A DNA stretch of 63,221 bases, the filler included, from Reticulomyxa filosa (Eukaryota > Protista > Foraminifera): the NCBI GenBank assembly GCA_000512085.1. It is 18 parts of 18 records of this genome, joined end to end, with 100 filler letters (N's around TTAATTAATTAA, not from the genome) between each part and the next. Parts side by side here need not be neighbours in the genome. Positions count along the whole stretch, not along the records: positions 57,582 to 63,221 come from ASPP01005647.1; 17 more parts are not named here. The stretch is one strand, 5' to 3'. Made by a program: the position numbers and the translations under genes. The notes beneath the pieces were generated by a model. The model saw only the letters and a list, made by a program, of their open reading frames with translations, was not told the origin of the DNA and made no database searches. Positions 61,783-63,221 of this stretch are shown one piece after another (position 1 is the first letter of the stretch; every line of letters starts with the position of its first letter).

Positions 61783-63175
61783 TTATTGAAACGCATATAT
61801 CAGTGTATTTGTCAAAATGAGTTGATTTGCATTCTGACTTTCGGACGGAGTCACATCAGATAGCACGTGAAACATCCCCTCCGTCCTGTATCGAACATAA
61901 GAGATTCAGTCATCAATCCTTTGGTATTACCTTAGCCAATAACAGACAAAAATAGCAAATATGAATGAGGCAATAAGAAAATTTACGCAGTTGTGAATAT
62001 GGCGATGAAGAACGTACGCAAAATAAGTTATTAATGTTGTCCAAACTTGTCGTAGCTCCAAATAGAGTAAGGCCATCCCAACTGGAGCAAATGTTTCTTC
62101 ATTTGTTCGTAAAGCTTTCCAATAGATGTTGCGAGCACTAGTGATATTACGATGATGCACATCAAAAAAAGAGTAGCAAAATCCGGCATCAAACAATGCT
62201 TGTCCATCTCGAGACAGTTTCAAAAAGGGCAAAGAAAACATGTGTTTCTCGTATACGTCATCATCGATAGCTTTTCATAAAACAAGCACGCTAAGGATTG
62301 ATTCTTCGTAAGGATGGGAGGCCAACCATACCAATGATAATCCCCAAGGATTCGCAGCGAGCGACTTTCGTTTTGGCACGCCGCAAAGTGATGATATCGA
62401 TAGGCTATTTCCCTATGTGATTTCCTTGTGAAAATTGAGTGCGCTTCATAATGAAATGACCCATGTTTGTGCCACGAAAGCCATGCCGCATTTATTTGAG
62501 CATTTAGATACCCCTTACGAATATATATATATACGTATATGTATACATTTTTTTTTTTTTTTTTTTTTTAAAAAATGTTTATTTAGCACACGTATACAAA
62601 CATTTTTTAAAAAAATTTATATAGAATTGTCCAAAACTTGTTCCGCCATAGCGGAATAAAGAATAAACGATTTATGGAAATGTTGCATTTCAAAGGCGAT
62701 TCGCGCATGTTCCAAATTAAATTTAATAGGATGAAACTCGGCAACAAATTTCATGTATTTGATTGCGCTTCGACAATCGGCGGTTTGCACACCTTCTTGC
62801 TGCCAAAGCATAAGCGCAAAGCGATACATGGCCTTCCAACTTCCCAACAGCGCGGCCCTGTGAAAATAAACTAACGCTTTGGTGAAATTCTTGGGAATCG
62901 TTATGAGTGCTTCCTGGTCTTGCGCAGATGACTTTGTAGCATAACCTTCATAGAAGATCATTCCTAAGTTCCAAAGCGCCTCGGACGAATTTTGATTGGC
63001 TGCCGCGGTGAAGTAGTCAATTGCTTTGGTGACATTGGCGGACACTTGTGGCGGAGCACCATGCAAATAAATGAAGCCCAAAGAAGCTTGGGCAAATGGT
63101 TCGTTTGCACTGGCCGCAAATTCGAATAATGAAATTACAATACTCATGTTTGTTTCATTGGCAGGTGCATTCCTG
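61783..63175 (-). CDS. SEL1L: SEL1L/Hrd3-like Sel1-repeat ERAD protein, 3' part; middle exon appears frameshifted
   Basis: Sel1 repeats AQASLGFIYLHG and ALWNLGMIFYEG; CRSAIKYMKFVAE; YSAMAEQ|GYLNAQINAAWL; QALFDAG; APVGMALLYL; C-terminal TM helix. Confidence 0.75.
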
Positions 63176-63221
63176 TTTTATTGTTTATTGTTTATTGTTT
63201 ATTTAAAAAAAAAAAAAAAAA

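Noticed and set aside
1-63221. Alternative genetic code, rRNA, tRNA, CRISPR arrays or intact transposases
   Set aside because: Long ORFs read with the standard code and end at TAA, TAG or TGA; interruptions are explained by introns or indels. No such RNA genes or elements were recognisable by eye.

Overview
This window is not one locus. It is 18 short contigs joined by 17 identical artificial 100-bp linkers (44 N + TTAATTAATTAA + 44 N), so adjacency only means something within a contig. Seventeen contigs are AT-rich eukaryotic DNA with short GT-AG introns full of poly-A/T and (TA)n tracts, expanded WD40, Kelch-like, TRAF-like and NACHT families, and many frameshifted or pseudogenised copies. 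This strongly resembles a foraminiferan (Reticulomyxa-like, Rhizaria) draft genome; the taxon is my inference. One contig (3728-4925) is GC-rich bacterial DNA. Recognisable genes: ABCC transporter fragment, linker histone H1, PARP6/8-like mono-ART, Nup160-like, SEL1L/Hrd3-like, ThiF/E1-like, histidine phosphatase, transglutaminase-like protein, pentameric ligand-gated channel, HSPA12-like, plus formin, kinesin and GTPase pseudogenes. The best candidate for a new system is an intronless ~1,600-aa NLR-like gene (7122-11984, minus strand). It carries an N-terminal RelA/SpoT-like nucleotidyltransferase domain, then NACHT, pentapeptide repeats and 16 WD40 repeats, and lies convergent to a RING/TRAF zinc-finger gene. 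The second candidate is a CUE-CUE-PUB protein fused to an R-S-E-clade ADP-ribosyltransferase domain (13927-16761, minus strand). All domain calls are from motif recognition by eye; no searches were run.
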